Source: Orbicella franksi (lineage: Eukaryota). From it: a stretch of DNA of 64,000 bases. A program made the position numbers and the translations under genes. The DNA is taken from NCBI GenBank assembly GCA_964199315.1, contig OZ116701.1, forward strand, positions 3,968,001-4,032,000, given 5' to 3'. Position 1 is the stretch's first letter. Every line of letters begins with the position of its first letter. The notes beneath the pieces were generated by a model that was given only the letters and a program-made list of their open reading frames with translations, was not told the origin of the DNA and did not search any database. Of this stretch, positions 1-11,500 are shown piece by piece.

Positions 1-1472
1 AAATGACTTACTATACACAACAAGTTCAGTGAGGAAATAAACGCACTCTGTTTAATATGGCTGAGAGTGGGAAACCGACAAGCGAGATAGTTTACAAATC
101 TGATTTTGCCATCAGTCTCCAAAACGAAATAGAGCTTTTCGTCTACCAATCTTGAGTTTAAAATATGTTTCTTCACACTTCAGTTACACAAATAAACAGT
201 AATTTGAGGTTCACTTAAAGAATGGCTTGATTTAGCTCGAAAGATCATTTCATGGGCACTTTATAAAATAGTAAATGAGTCAAGTTAAATGCTGTCTTAC
301 GGATAATAAAGGTTTAAAATTGACAGTGGAAGAGCAATGTGTTCGTCACGTAGAAAATAGCGGCAAGGTAGAACTGAATGAACTTTTCAATTCTCAAGAA
401 CTAGAAATCAACATACAATTTCTCCTAGCTGTCTTAGAACATTCTCAAAAAGTCAAGTGATGAGAATAAAGAAATAAAGCAACTGTATGAAATATTGTCT
501 TGATATCAAATCTGACAACATTGCCGAATTTTCTAGTACAAGTTTAGTCAGTGTATCCATGGATACCATTGTGATCTTTGCTGTTTTTAAGGTAGCTGAA
601 GTAGACGGATCTACAGTTCTTATTCATTTTAGCATAACACCTTGTTAACTTGACTTTCTGTAGGATGATAATAGAATCCTGGTTAACGGATTTTGTGATA
701 GAGTAGCACCCAAATATTGATGGCAACCTATCAAACCCAAAAGATACGAATAGCTTGTGTATGTGAAAAGAAATTAACGAAAGAAAACACTTGACATAGA
801 GATTTGAAATTTTGCGCTCATTCTTGTTAAACCAGTACAGTTGGTAAATTAGCATATAACGTCTCAGTGCGCGTATTTTCACTTGTCTAGATAGCCCTTA
901 CACTTGCCTTCTAGCTGATCAATAATGATAATTCTTGTCAACAGGATCACAGGATGGATCCGTTAAGAAAATGGGCTGCAGCACTTATCAATAAAAAATT
1001 CAACCACCTTAAAATAAAGTGTTAAGTGACTTTTTGGAAAACATTACTGAGTTTTTGAAAGCTATTTAATCAATAAACAAGACTTGCAAGGTAGCTTTCA
1101 TCAGCATTTTCTTCTCTGAAACAATGTGAATCAAAGTACAATACTTCAGTGAAATTTCGCAAAGCCTTTCCTAGTGTTAAGGAGGTGTAAGGGCTAATTA
1201 AAGGACTCACAAAAAAGAGCTCTTAAAACCTTCTACAACGTTAGATTATTACACAACGAAAAATATATATATATAAACAAGCCGCAAACTAAGTTTACGG
1301 CCAAATCTTGTGTCCTTGTCCATTACTTAAAAACTTAACCAAAGTGTGTTAATAAATAAAGATCTAAACCCCCCACCCCCAAATGATCGCAACATGTCAA
1401 TCTAGCATATCACAACATTATTGTGCGTAACATGTTGCGCGCGCTTGGTCACCCTCTTCAGACCTGTTCTGT

Positions 1473-2040
1473 CCTTCCTCCTCCCCAGAGGAGGTAGTAG
1501 GGAGCAAGATGACTCTTTTTCCCTCCTTCCTCCTCCCCAGAGGAGGTAGTAGGGAGCAAGATGACTCTTTTTCCCTCCTTCCTCCTCCCCAGAGGAGGTA
1601 GTAGGGAGCAAGATGACTCTTTTTCCCTCCTTCCTCCTCCCCAGAGGAGGTAGTAGGGAGCAAGATGACTCTTTTTCCCTCCTTCCTCCTCCCCAGAGGA
1701 GGTAGTAGGGAGCAAGATGACTCTTTTTCCCTCCTTCCTCCTCCCCAGAGGAGGTAGTAGGGAGCAAGATGACTCTTTTTCCCTCCTTCCTCCTCCCCAG
1801 AGGAGGTAGTAGGGAGCAAGATGACTCTTTTTCCCTCCTTCCTCCTCCCCAGAGGAGGTAGTAGGGAGCAAGATGACTCTTTTTCCCTCCTTCCTCCTCC
1901 CCAGAGGAGGTAGTAGGGAGCAAGATGACTCTTTTTCCCTCCTTCCTCCTCCCCAGAGGAGGTAGTAGGGAGCAAGATGACTCTTTTTCCCTCCTTCCTC
2001 CTCCCCAGAGGAGGTAGTAGGGAGCAAGATGACTCTTTCC
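1473..2040. repeat. 52-bp minisatellite, ~11 near-identical copies
   Basis: Unit CCTTCCTCCTCCCCAGAGGAGGTAGTAGGGAGCAAGATGACTCTTTTTCCCT recurs every 52 bp (1473, 1681, 1733, 1941). It explains the 52-aa periodic ORFs on the minus strand. Confidence 0.98.
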
Positions 2041-2156
2041 GTGGTTAATTTATTCATATATTCAATTAAGGTAATGACTCCAGAAATCGTAATAAACAAG
2101 GTGCAAATGCTTTTATTTTTAATATTGATTATCCTCTACGTTGCTTGGAAGTAGAA

Positions 2157-3036
2157 TTACTTTGCATTTAAATGTAGTTGAATCCAAGATACATTTTTAT
2201 TTCCAAAGCGGTGTGCAATGCCTTAAGAAAATCGTCAGTGAGAGATACCCCTACACTATATTTTGGGCACAGTGGTTTATCTTTTGGCCAAACATTCCCC
2301 ACTATCTTACCGGGGAATATTGTTCGAAGAACATTAATTTCTGTTCCTCAAACCTCCACTCCACTGACTGAAACAATCGCGCGTGAGGAATAAATTTCTT
2401 CCATAATCCTCTACTTTCCTAGGAAGGAGATTTGGAGGGAAGTGTACGTCTTAACCATAATCACTTAATCTTTCCTTAAAAGTGAAAAGTGGTTACATTT
2501 TGAGTAAAACTTCCTCTCAAAGTAATTTTCTTTAAGATGGTCAAGGTTTAGGAAATGGCTGAAAGACTAGACTGCTATATATGCCCATAGTGTCGACACA
2601 GAGTAGTTTAGTCTTACTGCTACTTCTTAACCTTTAACCCTCTCAGAGAAAAGTACTTTGGGAGGAAGTCTACCTCATATTACAACCCCTTTTTGAACTT
2701 TAAAGGACGAGTGGAGGATTATGGATGAGAGTTAAACTTCCTCTCCAAATATTCTCTCTAAGAAAGTAAAGGATTATGGAAGAGATTTAATCCTCCTTCG
2801 CGATTGTTTCATTCAGGGGAGTGGAGGTTTTAGGGGACAGGAATTAAGACCCTTCGAACAATCTTTCCCTGTAAGATGGTGGGGGATTTTTGGCCGAAGA
2901 TAAACTACTGTGCACAATGGCACGTGTAGGAATATCTCACGATTTTTTTATTATCTGACGATTTTTCCTGGCATTGCCCTCTGCTTTGGGAATGAGCAAT
3001 GTTCATTGGATTGAACTGAATTTAAATGCAAAGTAA
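2157..3036. repeat. 880-bp imperfect inverted repeat (fold-back), loop ~2577-2601
   Basis: Perfect 17-bp ends TTACTTTGCATTTAAAT (2157-2173) and ATTTAAATGCAAAGTAA (3020-3036). The arms stay alignable as reverse complements to the centre, e.g. 2268-2448 vs 2733-2912 and AGACTAGACTGCT vs AGTAGTTTAGTCT. Confidence 0.93.
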
Positions 3037-4660
3037 AGGACAACGAAACAGGTTTAACCGCACTCACCTTTCTGGTTCTGCGGCATATTTTTTCTACAGT
3101 TATTTTCTAAATAATATTTTACCACAGGAAGGTGCAAGAGCTTATTGGAGTCAAGTCTTTAATTTGCTCTTTGCAGCTTCCTTACATCAGCTAAGTTTAC
3201 TTTCTTTATTTGCGAAAATCTCTATCACTTTATTCTTCCCTCATACAGACTTGATATTATATATATTCACGTCCGCTTCATTTGTTAATCAACTATTCCA
3301 TGGTAACTTACTATGAGGATCGACAGATTTACGATAAACGGAGTACAGGTGCTTTTCTTAAAGTTTATTTCCAAGCTCAAAAACAATTTATTTGAAAGTG
3401 TTTCTGCATTTGTCTTTTAGCCAGTTGTTCGCTGTGGTGTATCCTTGTTCACTTTCTTTACTATTCCTCAGGCTACCTGTTGATCGAATCAAATATTAAC
3501 AGTTTGTCAGAATGTGTCACGCAGAATCAACATGTATTATTATGCGATGAACTGTCGGAGTGAGGGTGCTGCTGTGATACTCTCCTACTTGTTCTACATT
3601 TTCTCTCCAAATAAAACTTACGGTGCTTACATATATAATGAAATGTTCACAAGGTAACGCTACTTTTGGCTTCAGAAAAAAATAAACAAATACTAAGCAC
3701 AATAAACTAGTCGTTTAAATATAGAACTCTTACTAAATGATTGCCAATTAAATCTCTATACTTTAAGACGTCACCATAGTGTTATCGATAGCAGAATGAA
3801 CTGTCTTTTGAGTCCATCTTTCAGCTTGGCCCGAGCGATTATCAGTTTTTTTTCTAAAATTTCGGGTGCTGTAACAGCAAATGGCCTTGTTTCACTGAGC
3901 CCTCTGGAGAATTTGATTATCCATTCCATATTTCTAAATCCTCTTCCGAATCTTCGGTGAGACGAGAAAAAATGTCCCTATTTTGCAGACAATCTTCAAC
4001 CACTGAATAGTAATGGATGATCGTACAAAATATACCTTAGCCAATCAGAATGCAGTATTGCATTAGTATAATCCGGTAGATTTGTGCTAATGATAAACAG
4101 ATTGCTGTACCGTTGTCAAGCACAATAACTGTTGGTTATTAATTCTTACATAATGATCAAGAGTGATCACAATAAAACGTTTTCATGAAATCATTATGAA
4201 GACTAGTTGACTTTGTGAATTCTTTTGTTAGAAAACATTTTTGGACCTAGAAATTTTAAAGTTAAAATTGTAAATTCCATTTTCAAAGTTAAAACTTTAA
4301 CTTTGCAGCAACTATTTACTTCTGCTGGAATGTTGACACGACCTTGTTTCCTTACTTATGATCCACAACACGCTCTGCCTCGATCTGAACCAGTAGGGAA
4401 GAAATGACTTGCATTTAATGTCTTTTTTCAGGTTTTCTGAACTGCACTTAACAAATCTTAAGAAAGAAACTGACATATTCATTTCTACTTGTCTTATTCG
4501 CATCCTTGGATGGGCCTTGGCTTAATATTTCTCTGCAAACTGAAGTCGAGTGATACAAAACTTAAGCCCTGCTCCGCTGTGTTGATACTTGGTTGAATTA
4601 TCGCTTACAGAAAACAGCACCTCTTGTTACAGATGGTTTTCATGTTTTTGGTATCCTTAA

Positions 4661-7600
4661 GGGCGTGTTACACCTGAATTTGGTCAAAAAAATTGTATTT
4701 CAGCTGTTTGTATCTGGCCATGGATAATTTATTAAAGAAACAAATGCCGTTTATTCTGTGTCAATATCTAGCCCCGTTTTAAAGTTATATCGATTTTTCT
4801 CCGCTATGGTCAAATTTGAATTTGCCGCCATAATCAGTTACCATGGAAACAAGAAGTGTTTACACCATTAGACTGTAAAAAACTCGGGTACCAGAGGTTT
4901 AAAAACCGCTTCAATCGGTCCAAAAATAATTCTTAGGCAATAAATCGTCTAGGGAAACTGGGGACTAGTTAAAATGACCGAGAGTAAACTGGTGTTGAAC
5001 TATGAAAGTCAAGCACATGTTTTGAGTCGCCATATTGGATTTTGGCTCGTCTGTGAGGAGGATTCTAGCTTGTTCTATCGGTAACTTTCAACTATTTTTT
5101 ATCTGGACTTTAGTAATTTTAAAGATCTTAAATCGGTACTGAAATAAAGAAGTTTTCTAGCTGCCGAAAATGCCAAAAAAGTCTAAGAAACATCGTTTTC
5201 ACGGCACTCCGTTCTGGCGAAGAAAACAAGAGTTTCAGGAAAGTGCAAGCGAAGGCTCACAGCTTATGCCAGAGGTAAATGATCATCAAAGTGATCCAGG
5301 GGATCCAGATAACAGCCAGAGCGAGTCAGAATGCTCAAAAGAAACTGCATCAGAAAGAAAGCTGGGAACTGTTACACCTACTCGCACTGTGGAAGAGTAT
5401 TATGAGGAACCGGAGTCTTCAATCAGTTACCGCTTGGTTGAGCTCTCAAGTCTCATGAACACCTTTCAAGAGCTTCACAATTGTAAGAAAGGGAAGCTAG
5501 TCTTCAATGACGAGCAAGCAAAACGGTATGGAAACGCTTCGTTAATTCATATCGAGTGTACCAAATGTAAGAAGAAAGTGTATCTGCAGACATCAGCTAA
5601 TTGTGGTGGGAAATGGCAAGCCAAAAATGCATCCGACATAAATCGCCGCATGGTTTATTCTGCTTGTGAAATGGGTGTTGGACAGGAAGCCATTGCTGTT
5701 ATGTGTGATATTCTGAATATGCCACCACCTTGCCAGCTATCTTCTTGGAATGAACACACACAAGCATTGTATAAAGCACACAAAGATGCTGTTGAAGAAA
5801 AGCTTGCAAAAGCTAGAGAACATGTTCATGAACTTCACCGTAAGGAAAATCCAGATCTTACTGAAGATGATGTAATAGAAATTGCTGTTTCTTTTGATGG
5901 CACTTGGTCGAAACGAGGGTTTACGGCAAATTTTGGTGTCGGTTTTGTTATTTCTGTTGACTCTGGACAAGTGTTGGACTATGGTTTTGCATCAAAGATT
6001 TGTCGTCAGTGTTCACGTAAGAAGGAACAGGTTTCAGAGAATTCAGAGGAATTTAGAAACTGGTATGCAACTCACAGTTCAAATTGTACTGAAAATCATA
6101 CTGGATCCAGTGGAGCCATGGAGAAAGATATTGCAAGACGACTGTGGAGTGATTCTCTTGCATACAATCTGCGATACAAATACATGGTCTGTGATGGCGA
6201 CAGTAAGGTATACAACAGTGTATGGGATGTTTATGGGTGCTGTGAAGATTGTGATAAGTGGGAGCGAATGGACAAAAAGAGCAACCAATATAAGAAATGG
6301 GTCGACTCTGATGACCATAACAAATGGAAATCAGACCATGACCTTGGACACGCAAACTGTCCGTGAGTAATGAAACTTGACTGTATTGGTCATGTACAGA
6401 AAAGAGCGGGGACAGCTCTTCGTGAATTTCGAAAAAAGAATGCAGGGAAGTTGAAGGATGGACTGCCAGTTGGGGGAAGAAAACACAGGCTCACTGATAG
6501 CTGCATTGATAAACTCCAGAAACACTATGGGAATGCCATACGCAGAAATGTTATTTCTGGTGACATCAGTTCTGAGCAAGCAAAACGGCACATACAGAGC
6601 ATGCAAAATGACATTATGGCTGTGCTTTATCACAGTTGTAACATCAACAACAAGGAACGACACAAGTTTTGCCCTTCAGGGAAAGATTCATGGTGTGAAT
6701 ACAAAAGAACTGGGTCTTTTCAAAACAAAGACCACCATCTGGATCCAGTCTTTCTAGAGCTTCTTGAGCCAGTTTTCAAAAGGCTAAGTAGTGAGTCCCT
6801 TCTCCGCCGTTGTTTGCCAGGGTTCTCCCAGAACAATAATGAAAGCATAAACAGCTTAGTGTGGATGAGAGCCCCCAAGCATAAGTACCCACAAAGGGTT
6901 GAAATGGCAGCAATTGGTGCTGTTATCCAGTTCAATGAAGGAGCTTCTGGTAAGCAACTTGTAATGGAAAAGGCTGGGATCACATGGGGCAAACATGCCG
7001 AGAGTGGAAGTGCCCAGAAAAACAAGAAAAGGATCGACAGTGCAAAGCGGAAGTCATCCCAGCAGCACAAGAATGCCAGAAAGAAGATTAGGTTAGCAAA
7101 ACTGAGGGCAGAGGAGGAGAAAAAGTCAATTGAAAAAGCAACATATGGTGCAGGAAAGTTCAACAATGTTGACCCACTCCAGTTTTCCAGTAGCTCTGAC
7201 GACGACATGCCACTTGCCCAGCTGCAGTCAAAGAAAGCCAAGAAAAAATGACTTTTTTAGTGACATTGTGGTTTCCATTTGCTTGCCTTAACAAATGAAG
7301 TCATTTTGTGTAAATAAGTTGATGTGAAGTGGAGATTTAGACATAATTTGAACTCTCTGATCTTTAGCAATCATTTCCCGAAAAGTTCCTTTTTTGTGAC
7401 TAGTGAACTTAAAAATCTCATAACTTTAAAAGAACTCAATCAATTTGGCTGAAATTTTCAGCATTTATTGTTGACATGTAAAGAATCAAAATGATGATAG
7501 CATTTGAAGGAATAAGCCATAGTTTATGAGATATTGTTTCCAGAACTTAAAAGTATTATTTCCGTTCAGGTTTGGTTGCTATGACAACAGGAGTGATGAT

Positions 7601-7913
7601 AGCTCAAATTTCCTTCATGTTATAGCTTCACGCTTACACTATTGATTAAAAGTGTTCTCAGTACAATTTAGAAATGCATTTTTCATGAGATAGAATTTTG
7701 ATGTAATGTATTGGGTGTGGTCATTGTGAAAGTTAAATCACTCCAGGGGGCCCATATTGGTGGTAAAGGACAAAATTTTTACTTCAGTTTGTTGCTTAGT
7801 TCTTGCAGAACCAGAAAATGTATGGTTTTGCTTGGTTTAGCTCAGTCAGTTCTGAGATAATGAAACCTGAATCATTGGTACCCCAAATGTTGAAATTCAG
7901 GTGTAATACCCCC
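4661..7913 (+). mobile_element. Full-length Kolobok-type DNA transposon (3253 bp)
   Basis: TTAA TSD at 4657-4660 and 7914-7917. TIRs GGGCGTGTTACACCTGAATTT vs GGGGGTATTACACCTGAATTT (19/21). RR...YY termini with a TTAA target fit the Kolobok superfamily. Internal DDE transposase present. Confidence 0.88.
5170..7251 (+). pseudogene. DDE transposase interrupted by a single in-frame TGA (6364-6366); 693 aa if repaired
   Basis: ORFs 5170..6366 and 6370..7251 are in the same frame (CCG TGA GTA ATG). Motifs: FDGTWSKRG (D1), CDGDSK (D2), CIGHVQKR (CxxH), SQNNNES (E), plus Cys/His zinc-binding clusters. Confidence 0.88.
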
Positions 7914-7917
7914 TTAA

Positions 7918-8230
7918 AGGGACACAGTCGGCTTTGGGACCGCGCTGACCTGGACACCAGTTTCCTCACTTTGAAAAAGTTCACCTCAACCTGAAATCAA
8001 AGATACTCGTCGAGTACATCTAGAAACCCGCTTCAATCTTCGCAGTGTTTTGCTTGATTTTCAATCGTTTAGTGAAAAAACCTGCTTTTGAGTGGGCTTT
8101 TGCTCATCCTATGATAGTTTTTGTATCATATTTGGTTAAAAACAGTATGGATCGTGTCTCTGTGATATGCAAATTAACTATGAAATCAAATGGTATCTAA
8201 TGCGCATGTGCTCCAGCTGACTGTGTTCCT
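7918..8230. mobile_element. 313-bp TTAA-targeting non-autonomous element (Kolobok-like MITE)
   Basis: TIR AGGGACACAGTCGGC vs AGGAACACAGTCAGC (13/15). Flanked by TTAA at 7914-7917 and 8231-8234. Confidence 0.8.
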
Positions 8231-10049
8231 TTAACTTTTAATAGAGTACCACTCATTCATGCTTCAAAAGTATTGATATTATTGATAAAAGAACGTAAAA
8301 CCGAAAAATCAAAAACAAAGCCTCCGCAATCTTTTCAAGGCACTGGACGTTTTTATTTAAGCTTTTCGAAATGTACGAATTGATTATGTCGTTCTCAAAC
8401 CTTTTTATCAGCCTAGCGGTTTTGTCAGTAGTCCGACATCACCAAGTCCAATTACATCCTTTACAGGGACAGGATCCGGTACTTCTTTTTTTATTAGTTA
8501 ACGTCGGTCCTTGCAAATTGACCTTGTGTTTTCACTGCTTACCAAAGCGTCACTTATTTAACTATCAGAAACCATAGTACACTTGCCTGCCAAGGAGTTG
8601 AAAAACAAATATTGCTTCGGAAACAACATCAAAACTCGATCTGCTATTACCGACCACCTAAGAAATAGACTTACCAATGCGGGGTAAAAATACAGCCTTT
8701 ATCAGCAATGATGTGAAAAAATTTCCTGCTGCAAATTATTAACGACCTTTTAACATGTCCACGACTAAATTTCCTCACGGTTACGTGTTTGATTCTCGGT
8801 TCCAGTTTCTTACAGGTCATCGATACAATTTCAAGCATATCCTTCAGACAGTTGTATTTGTTCAAATCATAGTTAATAGAGGGAATGGTTAAGAAACATC
8901 AAAAAAGCAAACAAACAGGCTAAGAGTTATGTTGGAAGGTCTTTGACCCTGTGCATCTTTTTGTTTTATGCTCCTAGACTGTGCATGAATTACGTAATCG
9001 CGATGTTTCTATTGGTTAGTTGTATGAGCACACATAACCACTTTTTGGATTTTTCCAGATTTTGTGCAGGGTCAACCTCCCCCAGCGCCCCAAACAGCCA
9101 ACAAAAACATACAACAAAGAAATTTGCCATGATTCATAACCATTTCCCTTTATTAACTAGGTTCAAATGTATTGTGTTTAAGTACTTTCTTATTTCACTT
9201 TAATTATTGCCAATGCGTCTCGAAACAGGATTTAGGTCAATGCTCTTTCCAGTATCTTGATAAAGTGAAAACAATGGAAACTGACGCAGGTCAATATAAA
9301 TAACTAAACTTGGTAACTCCTTGTTAAAACAATCAGGGAACGTTTTGTTTTGTCAATTAGCTCATTGCTTTTTTTGACGTTCCTGTGGCAAACAAGCACG
9401 CTCAAAGGTGTTTTATGAATTTTGGTGTACTTTTCTAAGCTCAAGTCTATGAGATTTTCTTGGTCTTTACAAAGTCTTAAATAAAAAGAAAATATGAATC
9501 GCCATAGTTTTTAGTATTTTCAAACGTTTTGACATATTTGCAAAATTTTGAAATCCAAGATGGAGGTCCTTTTCAAAAGCACGATATCATTTTTACCTTA
9601 CAAGTTATTGCACGAAAATTAACATTCCTAGATGATTAATCACCACATACTGCATATATGTTTTATTACTATACCGCATTTATAATTTGATGAACATGGA
9701 AAGAGACACTCTCAGTTAATCTTCACCCTTTGCATGTTCTAAAATTTGTTTCATTTTTAAGAACTCCATATAAAAGATGAAAAGGATAGACGAATATGAT
9801 TAAAATTCAAAAGGTTTGTTCAAAAGTTCCAAAGCAAAAAATTAAACCTTAATGATAATTATGTCTTGAAACCTTTCCTCAGTAATACTGCTTGTAAATA
9901 CTTCTTGTAAAATCACGGTTCCCGCACTAAGTGAGACTAGTTTCTAACTTCTGATAATAACGTTTTTCAATGCAATAACTTTGTACTAATCTTCCCTATG
10001 TCGGATCGATGTGAAAATTATACACTGAGTTGCTAAAATGAGCTTAGAT

Positions 10050-11500
10050 CAGGAGCCATAATCGGGGACGGAGACCGTAAGCACGCGCCATTTCTAGTAT
10101 TGGGGCTGTCCCTATGATATGGGACAATTTTTCTATTTTTAGAACAAATTGCGCCATCGTGAGCGAAAAGCGCGCGTACATGCTGCGAGGATTTTTGCGG
10201 TTGTAGCGCGGGGGAAACGGCATCCGAAATTCCCGACATGAATTGTGCTTTTGGCCCACAACTCAATACGTTTATGCCTGTTGGAATTTTGCTAAAGTAT
10301 TTTCGTCGTAAGCTGCTCCAATTCGACTGAAGTAAGGCAGTGTCGAATTTAGGTACGTCCCGTTTTATATCACTCAGACCAAGTCGTGTTCCGCTGCTTC
10401 TTTTACACTGAAGAGTTCCACATTACTCCACTCTAAATTTCACATATGCTGAAGATTAACAGCTTTTCCGTAACACAACAAAAGACTAGTTGGAAAAATT
10501 TGGATATTGCAGCGTTCTAGGACTTCAAAGTTTCCCTCCTCTTGCCACACGCTTGCGGGGATTTCGCCAGAGTCTATCGCCACCGAAAAGTAGTAAAAAA
10601 TTGCAAGTTTGCATTTCGCCTGAATTGTAAGCAACACTTGATATTTCATCCAGGCCCAATAAGTTTACGTCTATAGATACGGTTAGGCTTTGTTTGTGTA
10701 AAAATTCGATAAATTGTCTGTTGTCGATGAATAAGAGCGCCCGCCGATGCGTGTTTTGTACAGTCAGTAAACATGACAAATTGGACTTCCGTAATAATAT
10801 CTCTAGTTTTTAAATATGTTCAAGGTTGATAAATGTTTGAGAACATATTAAACTGCTTAGCTGAAAATATGTGAATACAGCAGGAATAATCAGCAAAGTT
10901 ACGATGACGCTTTCTTTAATCAACTCGAATAACGATTTCGATTTTGTTGGCTGAGTTATCAAAACTCCTTGTCTATTTTATTTTCGCAGCTGTGTAAAAT
11001 TTCACTACGTTGAAGAAACACACATGAAAGTAGCCTTTTGGCGTGGGTGAAAATTGTTGCAGAATCTCAGCACAAGAGATAACGAAAGAACTCTTTGTCA
11101 AGATTTGTTGCCAATTAGCTACAATTGAAAACACCGACTCGGACTTTAAAGTGCACGCCCTGGAGCTACTTGTACGGGTCAGACTTTCCTTCCATAAATT
11201 TTTGCAAACTTGCCAAACGAGCAGAAATAATAAGAAACTATCAGAAACAGGTTTTGGTTATGGTTAAGCACTGTTTGAGAAATTCACAAATTACCTCGAT
11301 ACCAGAGTAGAGAGATTTCTTACATAAACTTTATTCTTTAGACAACATCCACGCGAGAACCCACGACATGTTCGTGGATTCGCGCGGATGTATGTCGTCA
11401 GGGTGGCGCAATTTGTTCTAAAAATAGCAAAAGTGCCCCATATCATTAGGTGCGCGCAGATCCCGAGACTTACGGTCTGCGTTCCCGGTTATGGCTCCTG
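10050..11500. mobile_element. 1451-bp non-autonomous TIR element with 7-bp TSD (P- or hAT-like)
   Basis: Exact direct repeat CTTAGAT at 10043-10049 and 11501-11507. CAGG...CCTG ends. Terminal 32 bp match 29/32. A second inverted block lies at 10111-10156 vs 11404-11450. Confidence 0.85.

Noticed and set aside
1402-2099. Three overlapping minus-strand ORFs with a 52-aa repeat; also a possible CRISPR-like array
   Set aside because: The ORFs are stop-free translations of the 52-bp minisatellite. The units are contiguous with no unique spacers, there are no cas genes, and the context is eukaryotic.
2157-3036. Hammerhead ribozyme or Obelisk-like coding capacity in the long hairpin
   Set aside because: I found no CUGANGA core on either strand by eye, and the ORFs are under 80 aa with no recognisable motif. 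An Infernal search is still needed to exclude other ribozymes.
5737-7241. Short antisense and alternate-frame ORFs inside the transposase, e.g. 6720..7241 minus, as a Kolobok accessory gene
   Set aside because: They fully overlap the transposase and read as antisense shadows of its Lys/Glu-rich codons. No independent motifs.
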